Below, piece after piece: positions 28,804 to 32,657 of a DNA stretch of 32,657 nucleotides. Source of the stretch: Candidatus Hecatellales archaeon. Its GTDB lineage: Archaea; Thermoproteota; Bathyarchaeia; Hecatellales; Hecatellaceae. Each line of letters opens with the position of its first letter. Position 1 is the stretch's first letter. Under the pieces are notes generated by a model. That model worked only from the letters and a program-made list of their open reading frames with translations, was not told the DNA's origin and searched no databases. The translations under genes and the position numbers were made by a program. The DNA is taken from positions 1 through 32,657 of the forward strand of contig QMXD01000004.1 in assembly GCA_003661965.1 (NCBI GenBank), given 5' to 3'.

Positions 28804-29274
28804 TTACTCCTCTTCTAGGTTCTCATCAAACTCAGATTTTTCTTCTTCCCCTCTCAGCAGAACAGATTTTTCTATTGAGGCTCTTTGCATAACACTTTCC
28901 GAAACATAGATTGTGGCTCCTGCTCTTACGGTTAAGGCTATAACATCGCTTGGTCTCCCCTCAACCACCCTTTCCTCACCAGAAACCTCAAGCACAAGTT
29001 TTGCTAAAAACCTGTTTGCTTGAATATCATAAACTTCTCCACGTTTAACCCTAGCGTTTAACTCGTTAAGGATTGTCATTAAAAGGTCGTGGGTGTTTGG
29101 GATTGGAAGCTTAATTCCCTGAAGAGCCATAGCAATAGAGGAAGCTTCAAGCTCACCAATAACAATCAGTAAAACTCTCTCCCTAGAATCCTCAAGGATT
29201 AGTGCAGGTGTAGGTCCATAGGAGGTTCCCACTTTAGCTATACCTGAAATTTGAACTTGAACATTTTCTTCCAT
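28804..29274 (-). CDS. Bifunctional nuclease family (DUF151) protein
   Basis: IGELEASSI, PNTHDL and RPSDVIAL motifs. Confidence 0.88.
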   Translation of the reverse strand: MEENVQVQISGIAKVGTSYGPTPALILEDSRERVLLIVIGELEASSIAMALQGIKLPIPNTHDLLMTILNELNARVKRGEVYDIQANRFLAKLVLEVSGEERVVEGRPSDVIALTVRAGATIYVSESVMQRASIEKSVLLRGEEEKSEFDENLEEE

Positions 29275-29352
29275 TTTTTAAACTCTCTCTGCTTAACTAT
29301 TAAGTTTTGATGGTTATATACCTTTGGATTCATAAGGTTTATTGGTGGTTTT

Positions 29353-29802
29353 ATGGTTGAAAAGAAGGTTTCGATGGTTGATATAACAGGAAAACCGTCT
29401 GTTTATAGGGAGGCTGAAGCTAAAGGTGTTATAAAGCTTAAACCTGAAACCATAAACCTAATAAAAAACGGGGAAGTTGAGAAGGGAGACCCTCTTGAAA
29501 TAGCAAAAATAGCTGGTGTTTTAGCTGCAAAAAACACAAGCCAAATTATTCCTTTATGTCATCCTATACCCTTAACCCATGTGGATGTTAAAACAAGGAT
29601 TTTGGGTGAGGATAAGGTTGAGGTGTCATCAACAGTTAAAACTGAGGCTAAAACAGGTGTTGAAATGGAGGCTTTAACAGCAACCCTAACAGCTCTTTTA
29701 ACCGTATGGGATATGGTTAAACAGTATGAGAAGGATGAGAGGGGACAGTATCCTTCAACAGAAATCTTATCCGTTAGGGTTGTGTCAAAAATTAAGGGTT
29801 AA
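29353..29802 (+). CDS. moaC: Cyclic pyranopterin monophosphate synthase
   Basis: MVDITGK, KGDP, IPLCHP, TGVEMEAL and WDMVK motifs. Confidence 0.97.
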   Translation: MVEKKVSMVDITGKPSVYREAEAKGVIKLKPETINLIKNGEVEKGDPLEIAKIAGVLAAKNTSQIIPLCHPIPLTHVDVKTRILGEDKVEVSSTVKTEAKTGVEMEALTATLTALLTVWDMVKQYEKDERGQYPSTEILSVRVVSKIKG

Positions 29803-29863
29803 ATTCCAACCCAAAACTCTAATTTAGGATGAGTTTGTATTATTTAGGTAAGGTGTTAAAAAA

Positions 29864-30424
29864 TTGGCTGAAGCAGAATCTTCAATTTTTCTTATGTTAC
29901 CTCTCCTACTCCTATGTTGTCTTCTTCCAATGTTGATGAGGGGTGGTATGGGAGGAAGACCTTTAGAGGCTGCAAAAGAATTTGATATTTGGATTGTCCC
30001 CCTAAAAATAGGTGAGGTTTTTGACACCATAGTTAGAGAGGTTGAAAATTGGAGGGGGAAAGCCCTCATAGAACCGCAAAAAACACCCCTACCATTCTTT
30101 AAGCTTGGAAAAGAAACAGGTAAAAGGTTTGAAGTTTCACAGTCTATTCCTCCAAGACTTCTTAGGGTTATGGATAGACAGGAGGGTGAAATGGTTTTTG
30201 AGCTTACGGAGATAGAGGGTGGAGGCACATCGGTTAAAGTTTCATTTTCTCCACCTGCAAAACCTAGAATTCAAACCCTTAAAGCCCAATTCCCAGCAAA
30301 AATAATGACTGGGTGGAGGTCATGTCCATTCTGCGGTAAACCGATTCTTCCAGACTATAACCTATGCCCCTATTGTGGTCAAAGATTGAGGGTTACCGGG
30401 GGAAACCAAAACGAGAAGGTTTAA
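29864..30424 (+). CDS. Membrane-anchored hypothetical protein with a C-terminal double zinc ribbon
   Basis: N-terminal hydrophobic segment; CPFCG...CPYCG at the C-terminus. Confidence 0.7.
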   Translation: MAEAESSIFLMLPLLLLCCLLPMLMRGGMGGRPLEAAKEFDIWIVPLKIGEVFDTIVREVENWRGKALIEPQKTPLPFFKLGKETGKRFEVSQSIPPRLLRVMDRQEGEMVFELTEIEGGGTSVKVSFSPPAKPRIQTLKAQFPAKIMTGWRSCPFCGKPILPDYNLCPYCGQRLRVTGGNQNEKV

Positions 30425-30434
30425 CTGGGAAATT

Positions 30435-30854
30435 TTGCTTTCCCATAACCACCCAGTAACCATAAGGCTTAAGGGGAGAAAACTTAGGGTTTGTGCAAGA
30501 TGTTTAGGGGTTGTTTTAGGTTTTTTAGCTTTAACCCTAACCATAAAACTTTACAGTTTAACATTCTTCCAAAAACTATCTTTCCCCTATCAGCTTACAA
30601 TATGCCTAATTTTGGCTTCCCCAGCAATAGTTGACTGGGTAACCCAAAAATGGGGAATTAGAGAAAGCAACAATTCTTTAAGGGTTTTTACAGGGTTTTT
30701 TGAGGGTTTGGCTGCTGTTCTACTATACCTTTCAGCAGCACCCCTTACCCAAAAAATTCTTATTCTCTTGTTTGTTGAGGCTTTAACCTTAAACATAGGT
30801 TTTGCTGGGGAGAGGCTCCTAAAAAAGGGAATTTTTGTGCATTATACTGCATGA
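30435..30854 (+). CDS. DUF2085-family membrane protein
   Basis: VCARCLG, DWVTQ and RESNNSLRVFTG motifs. Confidence 0.8.
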   Translation: MLSHNHPVTIRLKGRKLRVCARCLGVVLGFLALTLTIKLYSLTFFQKLSFPYQLTICLILASPAIVDWVTQKWGIRESNNSLRVFTGFFEGLAAVLLYLSAAPLTQKILILLFVEALTLNIGFAGERLLKKGIFVHYTA

Positions 30855-30866
30855 CACTGTATTACA
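30837..30866. repeat. 10-bp-period tandem repeat, copy 2
   Basis: GTGCATTATA CTGCATGACA CTGTATTACA; 24 of 28 positions match 9761-9788. Confidence 0.7.
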
Positions 30867-30875
30867 TGTTTTGGG

Positions 30876-31814
30876 CTACTTGTAGAATGGTTCTCTTGCC
30901 ATTACAGCCTCCAAAAAAACTTTACGTAGTTTTTCTTCTGGGGTGTTTTTTCGGATGTGGGATACTATGTCTATAAGGTTGTCGTTTCTCATTAGGCATG
31001 GCTTAAGCTTACCTGAGGCTGTAACTCTAAGCCTACTACAGTTCATACAAAAGCTTGAGTTGTGGAAGGGTCTGACAAGTTCAACTTTTACCTTTTTTCC
31101 GTTGTCGTTAACATGGTAAATTTTTCTGTTGTGGAGGCTTCTAACCTCAACTTTTTCAGCTTTAGAAGCTAAAAGTTTTTCAACATCGTCTAGGCTTGTA
31201 TAGTATTCTTCATAAAGCTTTTTAGCATCTCCAAGGTTTTCAAGTTCTATAAGTTGGAGGATAACATCTTTTTCTGATGCAAACCTTATCATGTCTTGGA
31301 TTTCGTTTTTGTTTAAATTTTTAAGGACAACCATGTTTATCTTTACTGGTTTTAAACCATAGTTTAAGGCGTAGTCTAAGCCTTCAAGAACATCTTTAAG
31401 ACGGTTAAACCCTGTAATCTTCTCGTAGGTTTTAGGGTTTAAAGATGAAAGGTTTATGTTTACCCTGCTTAAACCTGAATCCTTTAAATCTTTAGCAAGC
31501 TTAGCTAAAAGTAGACCGTTGGTTGTCATTGAAACCTCTTTAACACCAGAAACACCACTAATCCTTGAAACTATCTCACAAATATCCTCCCTTACTAAAG
31601 GTTCACCACCAGTTAACTTAATCTTTCCAACAGCAAAAGAGGATGCAACCCTAACAATTTTTTCTATCTCCTCAGGAGTCATCTCATCTTTAACGGTTTC
31701 ACTGTCACCCTCACCATGGCAAAATATACATTTTAGGTTGCAACGTTGGGTTAAAGAAATTCTTAGGCTTGTTATAGGACGGTTAAACCTATCCACAAGC
31801 AACAATACAACCAT
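30876..31814 (-). CDS. moaA: GTP 3',8-cyclase
   Basis: DRFNR, radical SAM CNLKCIFC, LTGGEP, TTNG and FCMNCSRLRVT..GKLKPCL motifs. Confidence 0.96.
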   Translation of the reverse strand: MVVLLLVDRFNRPITSLRISLTQRCNLKCIFCHGEGDSETVKDEMTPEEIEKIVRVASSFAVGKIKLTGGEPLVREDICEIVSRISGVSGVKEVSMTTNGLLLAKLAKDLKDSGLSRVNINLSSLNPKTYEKITGFNRLKDVLEGLDYALNYGLKPVKINMVVLKNLNKNEIQDMIRFASEKDVILQLIELENLGDAKKLYEEYYTSLDDVEKLLASKAEKVEVRSLHNRKIYHVNDNGKKVKVELVRPFHNSSFCMNCSRLRVTASGKLKPCLMRNDNLIDIVSHIRKNTPEEKLRKVFLEAVMAREPFYK

Positions 31815-31875
31815 CCAGCGGTATGTTTAACCAGTAATAACGATTATACGTAAACCCTTATATTAAAAAATCGGT

Positions 31876-32481
31876 TTAGGCTAAACCTTTCTCTTTGGCT
31901 TGTGAAAAAATAGCTTCAAGCTGTTTTTTCATAAGTCTAGGCTCTTTACTTAGGTTAAAATAGTCAGCAAAAAGACTTGTTGTTTTTAACACAAAAGATT
32001 TTCCAAGCTTCTCCCTTTTTATAAGCCCCATCTCCTCAAGCTTTTCAATATGCTCATAGGCTTGCTGCCCCCTAACAATAACAACCTTTGCCTGTGGAAC
32101 AGGCTGTCTATAGGCAATATAGGCAAGGGTTTTAAGAGGTCCCTCTGTTAAAAGAGGTTTAACCGTAAGTCTTCTAACCCTAGGAACGTAGGATGGTTTT
32201 AGCTGCATAACAAACCTTTTATCTTCAAGCTCAACAATTTCTAGGGCACCGTTCCTACTGTTATATTCCTCCATAAGGGATTTTGCCAACTCATAAACCT
32301 TCCTTTTCGAGTAGATTTTTGTTATTGAGCAGAGGGTTTTAAGTTCAAGAGGGTAGCCAGCAGCATAAAGTGCAGCCTCAATTAAAGCCTTTTTCTCCTC
32401 AAGATTTTCCTTTTCCTCTTTTTCTTTCTTTTCTTTCCCCTCTCCACCATCAGACTTTTTAGGTTGCTCGTTGCTGTTCAC
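31876..32481 (-). CDS. scpB: Segregation and condensation protein B
   Basis: IEAALYA, LKTLAYIAYRQP, VRG and TT..FADYF motifs. Confidence 0.93.
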   Translation of the reverse strand: MNSNEQPKKSDGGEGKEKKEKEEKENLEEKKALIEAALYAAGYPLELKTLCSITKIYSKRKVYELAKSLMEEYNSRNGALEIVELEDKRFVMQLKPSYVPRVRRLTVKPLLTEGPLKTLAYIAYRQPVPQAKVVIVRGQQAYEHIEKLEEMGLIKREKLGKSFVLKTTSLFADYFNLSKEPRLMKKQLEAIFSQAKEKGLA

Positions 32482-32657
32482 GTTTTTCAGCCTCCAAACA
32501 TAACGCTATATAAATTTCTCCAAACTCCTCCTCCTGAAAAAGCTCAACAAAACCTTTTGAAGCAAGAAAAATTAGAAGTATAAATGTTCTTACAACCTCA
32601 ACTTTAGATTTACCTGAAACTATCCTTCAAAACGGAATTAAACCTCGAATTTTAAGG
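32459..32657 (-). CDS. scpA: ScpA (kleisin) C-terminal fragment, truncated by the window edge; in-frame TGA at 32627-32629
   Basis: Manual translation: ...IPF*RIVSGKSKVEVVRTFILLIFLASKGFVELFQEEEFGEIYI..., a kleisin C-terminal wHTH. Overlaps the scpB start. Confidence 0.8.

Overview
AT-rich archaeal window; gene content and frequent TTG starts suggest a TACK-type, possibly Bathyarchaeia-like, organism (inference). It holds mostly housekeeping genes: pyrI/pyrB, mtnA, hisS, tyrS, pheST, trpS, a thiI-like gene, radB, moaA/moaC, scpB/scpA, a tRNA splicing endonuclease subunit and tRNA-Arg(TCG). The main finding is that tyrS is interrupted just before its HIGH-type motif by a 53-nt insert (18298-18350, minus strand). 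The insert folds into a canonical bulge-helix-bulge (BHB). Cutting it by the standard EndA rule removes a stop codon and a frameshift and restores GFEPSGLMHIG in a 358-aa TyrRS, so it is a candidate pre-mRNA intron in an aminoacyl-tRNA synthetase gene. Also found: a two-hairpin H/ACA-like guide RNA upstream of tyrS, a C/D box sRNA, a KaiC-like/small GTPase/roadblock/V4R signalling cluster with four frame lesions, and a 10-bp-period repeat present twice, 21 kb apart.
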